From an uncultured virus (IMG/VR IMGVR_UViG_3300032309_003726) (taxonomy: Duplodnaviria; Heunggongvirae; Uroviricota; Caudoviricetes): a stretch of 64,000 nucleotides of DNA. The position numbers and the translations under genes were made by a program. The notes below the pieces were generated by a model. It was given only the letters and a program-made list of their open reading frames with translations, was not told where the DNA came from and did not search any database. This document shows, piece after piece, positions 45,884 to 56,043 of the stretch (its first letter is position 1; every line of letters starts with the position of its first letter). Location of the stretch: IMG/VR virus record IMGVR_UViG_3300032309_003726. One strand, 5' to 3'.

Positions 45884-46713
45884 AACAACATGCTGCCCGA
45901 TTTGGATGTCGATAGTGGTGCCATATACCAATCCAAAAAAGCATGAATTGCCCATTTTGTTTTTATATTATATTTTTTTGATTTTAAAGTTTTAGATTTA
46001 TTTTCAACAGGCGACAATATGCCATCCATCATGCCTGCGATACAATGTAAATAATCTTTGTTGCCCGTTTTTGTCCATTTTTTCATAAAAAAATCATAAT
46101 GTGCTTTGGCGTGACTTCTTAGATCATTTCCTCCCATAAAAACCCCACTATCCCACTCAAAATTATAATTTCTATAAGTTTGATAAACATCTCTAAATTT
46201 ATGATAACAAAAATGTTTGCCAGCCACAATATGTTTTCCAATAGTTCTTTGATTGAGATAATCGTGAATACAAGAATAACCCAAACCAGTCAACCTTTGA
46301 TAATGTTCAACATCGGGTGTGGTGCTTTGTTTAAAAAGATTTTGTTTCATTACTTTGGTTCTCAAAATCTTTAATGCTAATATCCTTTTCTCTGTGAGTG
46401 TGTCGTGCAGGGGGAAAAGAATCGAATGCCACTTTGGATCATGTTCATTTTTGTTTATTGCATTTTTAATTCTTGGATAAGCATCTCTATCAAGTACAAT
46501 ATCGGCGTCCAAAGGGATAAAAAAGTCTGTTTTGACTTTCTTTATCATTTGATTTAAAGCTTTTATTTGAGGAAAAACATTTCTAACTTCACAAAATTCG
46601 ACCTCATGAAGATGAGGCTTTATAGCCTCTACACATTTTTTTTCCGCAAGTTCGCCACAGGTCATTAAAACAAAGGTTAAATTTTTTTTCATGATTTTTT
46701 GGGAACTAAACAA
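45880..46713 (-). CDS. GT2-like glycosyltransferase
   Basis: KALNQM, TDFFIPLDAD, PDVE. Confidence 0.65.
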   Translation of the reverse strand: MFSSQKIMKKNLTFVLMTCGELAEKKCVEAIKPHLHEVEFCEVRNVFPQIKALNQMIKKVKTDFFIPLDADIVLDRDAYPRIKNAINKNEHDPKWHSILFPLHDTLTEKRILALKILRTKVMKQNLFKQSTTPDVEHYQRLTGLGYSCIHDYLNQRTIGKHIVAGKHFCYHKFRDVYQTYRNYNFEWDSGVFMGGNDLRSHAKAHYDFFMKKWTKTGNKDYLHCIAGMMDGILSPVENKSKTLKSKKYNIKTKWAIHAFLDWYMAPLSTSKSGSMLF

Positions 46714-47729
46714 AAATCAACAAACTGTATCTCCATCAGTCTCAAGAAGTTATCGATGTCTTTCATTGGAATTTGTTGCTCATTTGCCAATAATTCTTTA
46801 AAAGCCGGAACGTGGAAGAAGCCATTCACTGGCTCTTTTACTTCTCTTTCTTTCTTGATATCAAAATTGTTAAACCACCAGTGGTATGCATCAACAGGAC
46901 TTTTTTCCATGCGTGTAAAATTTGGGTCTTGTTGAATTAATTCCTTTAATTCGTCATATGACATAAAAAGATGAACATGTGCCTTATTTAAACCTTGTTT
47001 GTACAAATGAGTTGCGTGTTTACTCGTCCAAGGGTGGCACCTAACATAAACAACCCCACTAGGTTTAATTAAATTTTGAACCTGACTCATTAAAAAAACG
47101 GGATCCTCGCAGTGATCTAGAACGTCATACAAGAATATCACATCAAAATAATTAGGCTTTAGGTCGTTAAAGTTTGTCGTAAACTTAACATCTTTTAAAT
47201 TAGACCAAGAATCATATTGTTTGATATCATATCCAATCGATTCAATCGCACCACGTTTCAATATTTGCTGGGCTATCCACCCTTCGCCACAACCAAAGTC
47301 TAGAAAATTCAACCCGGTCACGTGTCTGTCTAAAAGCATATCCAAAACAGCATTTGCCCGATTCACTTGATCTTCAAAAGAGGCATCCTTGGCAACTAAG
47401 AATTGAGGCACAGCCTCTGGCCAACAATCAATAGCCATCAAATCACCAATGTGTTTCTTGCGTGCCAACTTTGCCGCTTCACTAACAGGTTTTGGCTCTT
47501 GTTGAACTTGAACTGGTTGCTCAACTTGATTTGTTGGTTGCTGAAAAATAGGTTTATTGGCCACAACCTGGGCGACGGCTTGTGCTGCTGCTGTTGCAAC
47601 AACCTCTTGTATATTTTGCGGCATGAGTGACTCAAGCAAACCACCATCGTCGTTATCCAACATGCCCTCTATCAACGAAACAGCACGCTTAATCACGTTT
47701 AAATATCTACGAACTTCTACTTCATTCAT
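46689..47729 (-). CDS. Class I SAM methyltransferase, His-motif family (paralogue 2)
   Basis: WPEAV, FLDFGCGEG, YDVLDH, RCHPWTSKHATHLY. Confidence 0.85.
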   Translation of the reverse strand: MNEVEVRRYLNVIKRAVSLIEGMLDNDDGGLLESLMPQNIQEVVATAAAQAVAQVVANKPIFQQPTNQVEQPVQVQQEPKPVSEAAKLARKKHIGDLMAIDCWPEAVPQFLVAKDASFEDQVNRANAVLDMLLDRHVTGLNFLDFGCGEGWIAQQILKRGAIESIGYDIKQYDSWSNLKDVKFTTNFNDLKPNYFDVIFLYDVLDHCEDPVFLMSQVQNLIKPSGVVYVRCHPWTSKHATHLYKQGLNKAHVHLFMSYDELKELIQQDPNFTRMEKSPVDAYHWWFNNFDIKKEREVKEPVNGFFHVPAFKELLANEQQIPMKDIDNFLRLMEIQFVDFCLVPKKS

Positions 47730-47742
47730 TTTTTTGATCCTA

Positions 47743-48543
47743 CTAGATTATAGTGTGATTTCCAATAACTTCTTGATACATTTTCCAAGCAAAATGGTTA
47801 GGTATTCGATTTGCTTGAGTAAAGTGTATTCCTTCTTCGTGGCCTGTGATGATGGCTTTAAAATCACGATTTAAAACTTCGACCATTTGTTCTTTTTTGA
47901 TACGAATATTGGGCTGTTGGTCTAATGTGAACATTAGCAATCCTTGTTCGTCGGCCTGTGTTAAATTCATGTATTTTGAGTATTTTGTCCAAACTTTAAA
48001 CAACTCGGCTCCATAATCGTATCCTGGCGGAAAACCCATAAACCCAGAATTCAAAAAAGTTGTTGCGTCTCCAAACAGACAGTCGTATCTTCCATAAAAT
48101 CGAATAGGCTCCTCTAAAACCAAACATTTTTTTGTTTGGTTCAAAAAATCATCAATTTGATGAAATTTTTTAAGTAAAATTATATCATTGTCCATAACAA
48201 TTTCGTGTGTTTCCATTCGCAATCTCGAAGGGCAAACCTTCCACATGGTTCCCCCGCAGCGATTGCCATTCCACTCAAAACTACCGTCTTTGCGACGAGG
48301 ATTCTGGCAATTATCGTCAACCGGACAAGTTGACCAATTTTGAGCTATTAGTTGAATAGGCTTATCACCTATTGCTTTTTGCAAGAAAGCAAGATCGTCT
48401 CTATAAAGATTATTATAACATATCACCCAATCAAAATTGTGTATACCTAAACTTTTTGTTGTTCGATTAATGGATTCAGCAAGAATATCCAAGCCTTGCT
48501 GCAAACAACTGCCGCAAGTCCAGCGGAATAACGGTTTGGCCAT
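47743..48543 (-). CDS. GT-A glycosyltransferase-like protein (paralogue of 17581)
   Basis: KPLFRWT, HEIVMDNDIIL, LNSGFMG, DEQGL. Confidence 0.6.
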   Translation of the reverse strand: MAKPLFRWTCGSCLQQGLDILAESINRTTKSLGIHNFDWVICYNNLYRDDLAFLQKAIGDKPIQLIAQNWSTCPVDDNCQNPRRKDGSFEWNGNRCGGTMWKVCPSRLRMETHEIVMDNDIILLKKFHQIDDFLNQTKKCLVLEEPIRFYGRYDCLFGDATTFLNSGFMGFPPGYDYGAELFKVWTKYSKYMNLTQADEQGLLMFTLDQQPNIRIKKEQMVEVLNRDFKAIITGHEEGIHFTQANRIPNHFAWKMYQEVIGNHTII

Positions 48544-48590
48544 CTTTTTACTCCTTTATTATAATATAGTTTTTTTTTGGAATAATTGTT

Positions 48591-49607
48591 ATGTTAGATA
48601 TGAAAAGAATCGACGGAATTGCCTATGAAATAGATGCCCATCTAAGAAAACTAGAAAGTTTCATGGGAGTTCTCAAAGAAGTAAAAGAATCAATAAATGC
48701 ACTTCGAGAAAGTCAAGAGAAACAACTTTTATTTGAAAATGCTAAAATTCGAAGAGATATGGCGGAACTTTCAAATAACCTAAAAAAATACGGATTACCA
48801 CAAGCAAGTGAATACGAAAAATCACTTGAAGAAATAAGAAAACTTTTAGAATCCGAGGAGTGGCCGTGTGCTGTGGAGCCGCATCTTCTTTGTGTCACAA
48901 ACGAAGATAAGCAAAAAAGAGCCGACAGCATAATGGATTTGCTAATTGGCGAAAGAATGAAAAATAAAAGATTTTTAGATTTCGGGTGCGGGGAAGGCCA
49001 CACAATTCCAGCAGCTTTAACTCGTGAATGTTCTTTAGCCATAGGATATGATGTTGATGCAAGTAAATATCAATTTGATCAAAATCACTTCGCAGGCAAC
49101 TTTGATTTGGTAAAATGCAATGCTCCATTTGATATTATTTTAATGCACGATGTGTTGGATCATATTTCTTTAGTTGACCCAATAGAGGCTTTAAGACAAG
49201 CCTCTGGGCTGCTTTCCGGTGAGGGCCGAATTTATATCAGGAACCATCCTTGGTCGAGCAGGCATGGATCACATCTATACACCAGCAAGAACAAAGCATT
49301 TATACATTTAATTTTAGACGATATTGAATTGATGCGATGTTTGGGGCTACAAAGTGAACCCAATATAAAGGTTGTTAATCCGCTTGAAACATATAGACAT
49401 TGGTTTAAAGAATCTGGTCTTTTTGTAAAAAATGAATTTGTTAGTAAAACTAGCGTAGAAGATTTCTTTGTGAATTATCAATCTATTTTAGATAGATTGT
49501 GTCGTGTTTGGCAAAATGTAGATGTGCTACAAAGTTATATGGAAATTGATTTTGTAGATTATGTTTTGGAAGTGCCATCTGATAGTGCAAACAAGCAAAT
49601 ATATTAA
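48591..49607 (+). CDS. Class I SAM methyltransferase, His-motif family (paralogue 3)
   Basis: Coiled-coil N-terminus, WPCAV, FLDFGCGEG, HDVLDH, RNHPWSSRHGSHLY. Confidence 0.85.
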   Translation: MLDMKRIDGIAYEIDAHLRKLESFMGVLKEVKESINALRESQEKQLLFENAKIRRDMAELSNNLKKYGLPQASEYEKSLEEIRKLLESEEWPCAVEPHLLCVTNEDKQKRADSIMDLLIGERMKNKRFLDFGCGEGHTIPAALTRECSLAIGYDVDASKYQFDQNHFAGNFDLVKCNAPFDIILMHDVLDHISLVDPIEALRQASGLLSGEGRIYIRNHPWSSRHGSHLYTSKNKAFIHLILDDIELMRCLGLQSEPNIKVVNPLETYRHWFKESGLFVKNEFVSKTSVEDFFVNYQSILDRLCRVWQNVDVLQSYMEIDFVDYVLEVPSDSANKQIY

Positions 49608-50365
49608 ACCATAAATGGAGAAACCATTTTGTATCCGTATCGTCTGCCCATTTTTATAAATTCGTTTTTTATTTCCTTGCTTTGTATCAAATGAACATCA
49701 AAATTATCTTTTGACCATTTTTTGTGAGTGTTTATGGTGTTGTCGGAGAAGTGTTCTTTTTTTTCTAAGTTTAAAAAATTAAACAAAACGCCAACTGGAT
49801 CTTCTACTTTGTAGAATAAATCGATATTATTTTTTTCTATCATATTGTTCCAAAGAACATAAAACAAACAAGCACGATCATATTGGGGCATTTTTGTTTG
49901 CAACTCTGGTGCTTTTTCATAAATAAATTTTTCAAATTTATCTTTAGGCTCATCAGATTTGAAATATTCAATATGATTGCAAAAAGAATGAATTACTTTA
50001 ATTGGATCTCTAACTAAATGAATTTTCTTACAATTTTCTAAACAACCTTCCTGAAGAAAAGGAGCAGCCAAATAACTAGAATCAGCCTGTATTTTTTCTA
50101 TTTCTGTGATCCAATCTGGAAGGGGCTCCCACTTACCACCTTTCAAAATATTTTTTGAACAGTAACTCAGACAAGGTGTGGATAAACCAGATAATCTGTA
50201 CTTTGCCAAATCCAAACCCTCTGGCCCAAAAATTGATTCGTGACCACAGGGCGTCCCCACACTCGTTAAAAAACGAGCCAAAAAAACAGTTCCGCAGCGG
50301 CCAGTGCCCGTGACTAGGTATTTTAAATTCAATATTACACCATAGTTTCTCTGGATATTTTCCAC
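49604..50365 (-). CDS. PAPS-dependent sulfotransferase-like protein
   Basis: VTGTGRCGT (5'-PSB), HE, IHLVRDP...S (3'-PB). Confidence 0.7.
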   Translation of the reverse strand: MENIQRNYGVILNLKYLVTGTGRCGTVFLARFLTSVGTPCGHESIFGPEGLDLAKYRLSGLSTPCLSYCSKNILKGGKWEPLPDWITEIEKIQADSSYLAAPFLQEGCLENCKKIHLVRDPIKVIHSFCNHIEYFKSDEPKDKFEKFIYEKAPELQTKMPQYDRACLFYVLWNNMIEKNNIDLFYKVEDPVGVLFNFLNLEKKEHFSDNTINTHKKWSKDNFDVHLIQSKEIKNEFIKMGRRYGYKMVSPFMV

Positions 50366-50463
50366 ATATCATCAATAGAATGTAATTTTTTTAATTTATT
50401 CCATAAAATTAAAGAGACTTGACTCTTGTTTTTTATTTTTTAATTATAGATACTTTTACAAAA

Positions 50464-51321
50464 ATGATAAAAATTCCAAAAAATGATGCTCATTTTTTCT
50501 TAAAAATAGAAGAACACATGGAAGAAAATGTTTTTGCATTGATGAAATCAATAGAATTTTTTAGCGACCTTGATAATTATTATTTTACAATAATGTTACC
50601 AAAAAATCAAAAAATAAAAAACAAGCACATTATAAAAAACTCAGACATTGTATACTATGAAAACAAGGACAATTTAAGGCCAAAATGGAGTGGAGCAATA
50701 AGATATTTTCTAGAGTCTAAATCACCCGTCTGTGTGATGTTAGATGCAGATGTTTTGGTGCTAAATTCATTAAAAGAAATAATTACACAAGTTAAATCTG
50801 AGGTTGGGGTTTACGGAGTTTTAGCACACGAAAGTCCTTTTAAAGAAGAGAAAATGAGTTGGGATGTTGTTTTAAAACAATTTAATTTAAAACTTGAATT
50901 AAAATCATTCAAAAAACAAATAAAGAACAACGATTGTTGCCCGCCGTGCTATTTTAATAATGGCTTTATAGTATTAAACAAAAAATTAATGCATAAATTG
51001 GCACCTTATATAAAAAAATATGTTTATTCTTTAAATAATTTAAAAAATAAATTCAAAGCTCAGATATGTTTTTGCTTATCTGTATTGGAGGCGGGTCTGC
51101 CATTTAAAAATTTAAATTATGAATATAATTTTTCAAGCAGTATGGTAGATAACTTTATAAAAAAAAATAATATAGATACAAAAAAAATAAAAATTTTTCA
51201 TTATTATAATGAAAAAAATATTAAAAATTTATACAAAAAATACTATAATTGTGAAAATTACAATATTAAGTATTGTTTAGACAAAATATATAATTATAAT
51301 AAAATAAAATACTTCTTATAA
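50464..51321 (+). CDS. GT8-like glycosyltransferase
   Basis: MLDADV, YFNNGF, YN, IFHY; ATG 50464 preferred over TTG 50419. Confidence 0.7.
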   Translation: MIKIPKNDAHFFLKIEEHMEENVFALMKSIEFFSDLDNYYFTIMLPKNQKIKNKHIIKNSDIVYYENKDNLRPKWSGAIRYFLESKSPVCVMLDADVLVLNSLKEIITQVKSEVGVYGVLAHESPFKEEKMSWDVVLKQFNLKLELKSFKKQIKNNDCCPPCYFNNGFIVLNKKLMHKLAPYIKKYVYSLNNLKNKFKAQICFCLSVLEAGLPFKNLNYEYNFSSSMVDNFIKKNNIDTKKIKIFHYYNEKNIKNLYKKYYNCENYNIKYCLDKIYNYNKIKYFL

Positions 51322-51324
51322 TAG

Positions 51325-51984
51325 ATGATAACTCTTTACCAACAAATATTTAAATGCACGCCAGAGGTAGAGAGCTACAACCTGTATTGTTTAAACAAGA
51401 ATTTAAAAAATAAATTTATAAACAAAATAGTGTTATTTTTTGAAAAAAAATGTGATATTCCTTTGTTTGATAAGGAAAAAATTGAATTTGTAGAAGTTAA
51501 CAAAAGAATTTCTTATAAAGATTGGATTGATTTTTCAAAAAAAAACAAAGGTGTAAAAATTTTAGCTAACTCAGATGTTTATCTCGATGAGACTGTTGGT
51601 TGTTTGCTCAAAATTGAATGGAAAAACACTTTGGTAATTTTATCAAGAAAAGATTTAACAAAAAAAGGCGAAATAATTGAGAGTGAAGTGTTCCACAACT
51701 CTGGAAAAAAAATTAACCCCAAATGCTCGCAGGACGCTTGGGCTTATAAAGATAATCTTCGGGAATTTTATTGTGATTTTAAATTAGGATACTGGCATTG
51801 CGAAAGTAGATTTAGAACTGCGGCTATAGAGAATAATATCAATGTTAAAAATCTAACCAATTATATTAATGTTATACATGTTGATTGGAGAAATCAGGAA
51901 CAGAAGGAAAAAGATCACTCTTATTCTTATTCTAATTCAAAAATTAAAAACTTACCTTTACATAGTGAAAAAATTTTTTTATAA
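51325..51984 (+). CDS. GT-A glycosyltransferase-like protein
   Basis: ILANSDVY, SQDAW, LG..CE. Confidence 0.55.
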   Translation: MITLYQQIFKCTPEVESYNLYCLNKNLKNKFINKIVLFFEKKCDIPLFDKEKIEFVEVNKRISYKDWIDFSKKNKGVKILANSDVYLDETVGCLLKIEWKNTLVILSRKDLTKKGEIIESEVFHNSGKKINPKCSQDAWAYKDNLREFYCDFKLGYWHCESRFRTAAIENNINVKNLTNYINVIHVDWRNQEQKEKDHSYSYSNSKIKNLPLHSEKIFL

Positions 51985-51990
51985 ATTAGT

Positions 51991-53535
51991 ATGTCAATAT
52001 TTTTATCTTTTTATCTAGGACATGATGCCAGTGTTGCAGTTTCAGTGGACGGCAACATAAAATATAGAAAATTCGAGAGAATTCATGGGATTAAACATCA
52101 AAAAGGAAATTTTAATTTTGTTTCTAAAGCATTAGATGACTGGAAAATAAAATTAAAAGACATTAAATGTATAGCATACTCAGACGGAGATAGATCAGGA
52201 CTTGGTAAGTGTTCAAAAAAAGAATTATTTTGCAAAGGACAACTTAAAAAATTAGGCTTAGATATAAAAAGTTTTAATATTGACCATCACTTTGCTCACA
52301 TTTTGAGTTCTTGGCCAGTGATACCAACAGTAAATACAGATTATGGGGTGTGCATAGATGGAAAAGGCGATAATGAAAAATCAACAACAGTCATAAAAAA
52401 TTTAACAACAAATCCAGAAGTTGTTTATGAAGAATTTGGTTCCTCTGTGGGTTTGGAATTCAGGGCGATTGCTGGTCTTATGGGATTTAGCGCTTCGGCA
52501 AAAGAAACAAGAGAAACAGGTGCCGTGGGAATTGATTTTGCAGGTAAAATAATGGGGTTGCAAGCGTACTCGGAGGATCAAATAAAAGAATTTGGTTTAC
52601 CTAAACTTCTTGAACTAGACGTAAATTCAAATCGTATAAACGAATATGTAAAAAATTATAAATACATGTCACCAGAGATGTTCAGGTGTCGAGAAATGAT
52701 CAAAAAAGGATTTTATAAAACTTATTCGGAGTGGCATAATTTTTGGCTAAATTATATTTTAAAAAATACATTTGCTTCTTTGGATAAAAAGTCTATTATA
52801 AGTTATTCCGGTGGCTGTGTTCAAAATACTGTATTCAATTACAGAATTAAAAAAGAATTTCCCAATTTATTTCCTATACCACATTGTTATGATGGAGGAA
52901 TACCTCTGGGTTGCTTAGAGTTTTTAAGGTTATACTTTGGAGAAAACCCGTTTGATTGCATTGGTTTTCCTTATTGGCAAGATGATAATATTACACAAAG
53001 GCCAACAGATAAGACCATAAAATTAATGGCAAAAATGTTGAATGAAAATAAAATTATAGGTTGGATTCAAGGGTCTGGAGAATTAGGACCAAGATCACTT
53101 GGGAACAGATCTATCCTTATGTCTCCAATAAACAAATCAAACAAAGATGAAATAAATAAAAAAGTTAAAATGAGAGAGCCGTGGAGACCATTTGCGGGAT
53201 CTGTGTTGCAAGAGAACTCAAGTTCTTACTTTGATATGAATCAAAGCAAATATATGCTGTATGCTTGTAAAGTTTTAGATGAAAAAAAAATACCAGCCAT
53301 AACACACGTAGACAGAACCTGTAGGATTCAAACAGTAGAAGAACCAGACAACCCTTGTTTTTATCAATTAATTAAAGAATACAAAAATTTGAGTGGGGTT
53401 CCTGTTTTGTTAAATACTTCGTTTAATGTCATGGGCAAACCAATAGTTTCTTTAAAAAAACAGTGCATGGAGATAGACGGAGTAGACGCAATTGTTTTCG
53501 GAAATGAGATAATTAAAACAAATATTAAGATATAA
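51991..53535 (+). CDS. O-carbamoyltransferase (CmcH/NodU family), second copy
   Basis: GHDASVA, HHFAH, DGKGD, GKIMGL, SGGC..N, ELGPRSLGNRSIL, REPWRPFA, HVD.TCRIQTV, LLNTSFN. Confidence 0.9.
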   Translation: MSIFLSFYLGHDASVAVSVDGNIKYRKFERIHGIKHQKGNFNFVSKALDDWKIKLKDIKCIAYSDGDRSGLGKCSKKELFCKGQLKKLGLDIKSFNIDHHFAHILSSWPVIPTVNTDYGVCIDGKGDNEKSTTVIKNLTTNPEVVYEEFGSSVGLEFRAIAGLMGFSASAKETRETGAVGIDFAGKIMGLQAYSEDQIKEFGLPKLLELDVNSNRINEYVKNYKYMSPEMFRCREMIKKGFYKTYSEWHNFWLNYILKNTFASLDKKSIISYSGGCVQNTVFNYRIKKEFPNLFPIPHCYDGGIPLGCLEFLRLYFGENPFDCIGFPYWQDDNITQRPTDKTIKLMAKMLNENKIIGWIQGSGELGPRSLGNRSILMSPINKSNKDEINKKVKMREPWRPFAGSVLQENSSSYFDMNQSKYMLYACKVLDEKKIPAITHVDRTCRIQTVEEPDNPCFYQLIKEYKNLSGVPVLLNTSFNVMGKPIVSLKKQCMEIDGVDAIVFGNEIIKTNIKI

Positions 53536-53538
53536 ACC

Positions 53539-54273
53539 ATGATATACTTTTGCTACAGAGATACAATAGATTGGAAAAAAAAAGAATTGAATATAGATTT
53601 TTTTGCCGACAGAAAACAAATAAAAAAGACTCCTGTTGAACAAATTAAAAAATATAAAGAAATCATAAACAAATGGAGTATGGTGAACAAAATTGATTAT
53701 TATGAATTTAGAAATATTTTAAAAACAATTTCCAAGAGAACATTTCATGATGCTCAAATCGAAGAAATTTCAATTAAAGACATATTAAAGCTAGATAAAA
53801 AAGATTGGTTAATTCCTTTTGATGACGATGATTGGTTTTGTAAAAATTTTAAAAAAAATATTGAAGAAAATAGCGATTGTGATTTTTTATGTGGAGATGT
53901 CGCAAGATATTTTATACACGAAGGAAAATTTGAATTAAATGAAGGAAAAGAAGAGAAGTGTAAAATATTACAAAGTTGCCAATATGCTTTAAAGATTGAA
54001 AAAATTAAAAAAATGAATAATGATTCTTTAAATAATATAATAAAAAGACACTACACAGTTCGCTATGAAATAAAAATAAACAATATGAATTACAAATATA
54101 TAGATAAAATTATCTCCTCAAGAATAATGCACAACGGGCAATTCAGTGTGCTTCACAATTCAAATTATTTAGAGGAAAATGATTTTATATTTAGAGATCC
54201 GCCCATTTATGCTAAGTGGTGTAAAACTTACATCAATATATTAAACAATTATACAAGCAAATTTTTAATCTAA
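53539..54273 (+). CDS. Glycosyltransferase-like protein
   Basis: IPFDDDDWF acidic DxD motif; gene context. Confidence 0.45.
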   Translation: MIYFCYRDTIDWKKKELNIDFFADRKQIKKTPVEQIKKYKEIINKWSMVNKIDYYEFRNILKTISKRTFHDAQIEEISIKDILKLDKKDWLIPFDDDDWFCKNFKKNIEENSDCDFLCGDVARYFIHEGKFELNEGKEEKCKILQSCQYALKIEKIKKMNNDSLNNIIKRHYTVRYEIKINNMNYKYIDKIISSRIMHNGQFSVLHNSNYLEENDFIFRDPPIYAKWCKTYINILNNYTSKFLI

Positions 54274-54315
54274 TATATAATCAATCGATACTAGTTTTTG
54301 CATCATCTTTATTTT

Positions 54316-55230
54316 TTAAATAATCATAAAATTTTTATAATTATATTCAAAAAAATTTTTAATATTTAAAAAATAATCATTCCAAATTTTTTTTAAATTA
54401 TTTGAAACATCTGGTAAATTTTTTTTATCTAAAAAATTTTTAATTTTTAAATTTAAATTATCCTCATTAAAATTTTCGTTTAATTGAATTATAATATCGG
54501 ACCAATCTATAATATTACTTAGTGGTAATTTTGTATCATTTGAAATTAATATGGGAATTCTTCCTGCGGAAATAGCTTCAAAAAACCTGATGGAGTTTAG
54601 GCCCTGACCTCTTGGGCATAGTACAAATTTACTATTTTCTATTAAATCGATATAAGAATCAATCCATTCTTCCGTATGATTTTGAGGTTGTATAGATGGG
54701 CTTGAAACAATTTTGGTATTAAAGTTTAATCTTAGATTTTTAAGTCGTTCTCTGCATTGGTGTGTTTTAAAGTTGCCCTGGAAAGATACGTCTATTTTGG
54801 CTTCATTTATATTTTTTGAAAATATAAGCTTTTCACAAATTGAAGAAATATAGTGCAAAGACTTACAAGGGTTATTTTTATGACAAGATTGCATAAAAAA
54901 ATTCTCTTGATTACCAAAATCAGGTGTCAAGAAACTATCTCCTACCCAAAAAAAAATATGATTGTTCCCATATTCTTCAAAATAATCTAATTTTTTTGAC
55001 AAATATATAAAGCATTCATTTATTTGCTCAGTAGAGGATTCTTTTTTTGCTTTTATTACTATTGGTACAAAAAAATATGATTTTTTTTGTTTATCATTAT
55101 TTGAAAAATTTTTTACTTGTGTTAAAAATTTATTACAATAGTGACTATAGTGTTTATGCAAAGTAACATTTTTTGTTGAAAAATCTATTTTTTTAATCAA
55201 TGTATCTGCGTTGTAACAATAAAAATTCAT
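54316..55230 (-). CDS. Exostosin-like (GT47) glycosyltransferase
   Basis: SFQG, SKFVLCPRGQGLNSIRFFEAISAGRIPILIS...LPL...IDW. Confidence 0.85.
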   Translation of the reverse strand: MNFYCYNADTLIKKIDFSTKNVTLHKHYSHYCNKFLTQVKNFSNNDKQKKSYFFVPIVIKAKKESSTEQINECFIYLSKKLDYFEEYGNNHIFFWVGDSFLTPDFGNQENFFMQSCHKNNPCKSLHYISSICEKLIFSKNINEAKIDVSFQGNFKTHQCRERLKNLRLNFNTKIVSSPSIQPQNHTEEWIDSYIDLIENSKFVLCPRGQGLNSIRFFEAISAGRIPILISNDTKLPLSNIIDWSDIIIQLNENFNEDNLNLKIKNFLDKKNLPDVSNNLKKIWNDYFLNIKNFFEYNYKNFMII

Positions 55231-55248
55231 ATGTTTATAACTTATTGT

Positions 55249-56043
55249 TTATAAAATCTGTTTTCTTAAAAAAGATTTCATTTGTTTTTGATTGGGAAAA
55301 TCCGGAAATAATATTTCTGCTTTGAAAGTGTCAACCCTATGATGCGGCAACTTTCTTTGTATAAATGTTTCCTCTTCTAAATCATTATATCTGAAATGAG
55401 TTGTAATTCTTATTTCGTTTTTTGTTTTATTTAAACCAGATCTGTGTATTGTAAAAAAGTTAAATGCCAACAAATCTCCTAGTTTCATTTTAATGGGCGT
55501 AAATTTTTCATTTAATAGTTTATCTTCACCCAAAACAGGTACATTTTGTATTTCGTGATTTAAACAACCTCTCCTATGACTTTTTTTAGCAATTTCCAAA
55601 TATCCTAAATCTTCATTTAAATCCACAAGAGGAATCCAGCACGTAAGGCCATTTAGGCTACCTTGAACAGATGGCCAGTCTTGGTGTGCCGGAACTTTCC
55701 AATTTATTTCTGTTTTTGCTGTTTTGTGTGAACTAAAAGACAGCAAAGGCTTGGTGTTTATAGAAGGAAATTTAAGACCCAAATGTTTGAGAAAATTTGT
55801 AACTTTTTTACTTGTTGACATTCGGTATAAAGATATCAAATTTTGACATGCTTTTGCACACCCATGAAATCCTTCAAAATCTGCTTGAAATAATTTTATT
55901 ATGGCATCATCACTGCTTTTACCGCAATAATTTTTAAAAATTTTTTCTATATCTTTTTTTACAATTTTTATTTCTTTTTCATTAAAAAAATTTTTAACTA
56001 AAATAAAACCTTCTTCAATATATTTTTCTTTTAAATTTTTCAT
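55249..56043 (-). CDS. PhyH-family Fe(II)/2-oxoglutarate dioxygenase
   Basis: PAHQDW, TCWIPL, GDLL, IHRSGLN...R. Confidence 0.85.
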   Translation of the reverse strand: MKNLKEKYIEEGFILVKNFFNEKEIKIVKKDIEKIFKNYCGKSSDDAIIKLFQADFEGFHGCAKACQNLISLYRMSTSKKVTNFLKHLGLKFPSINTKPLLSFSSHKTAKTEINWKVPAHQDWPSVQGSLNGLTCWIPLVDLNEDLGYLEIAKKSHRRGCLNHEIQNVPVLGEDKLLNEKFTPIKMKLGDLLAFNFFTIHRSGLNKTKNEIRITTHFRYNDLEEETFIQRKLPHHRVDTFKAEILFPDFPNQKQMKSFLRKQIL

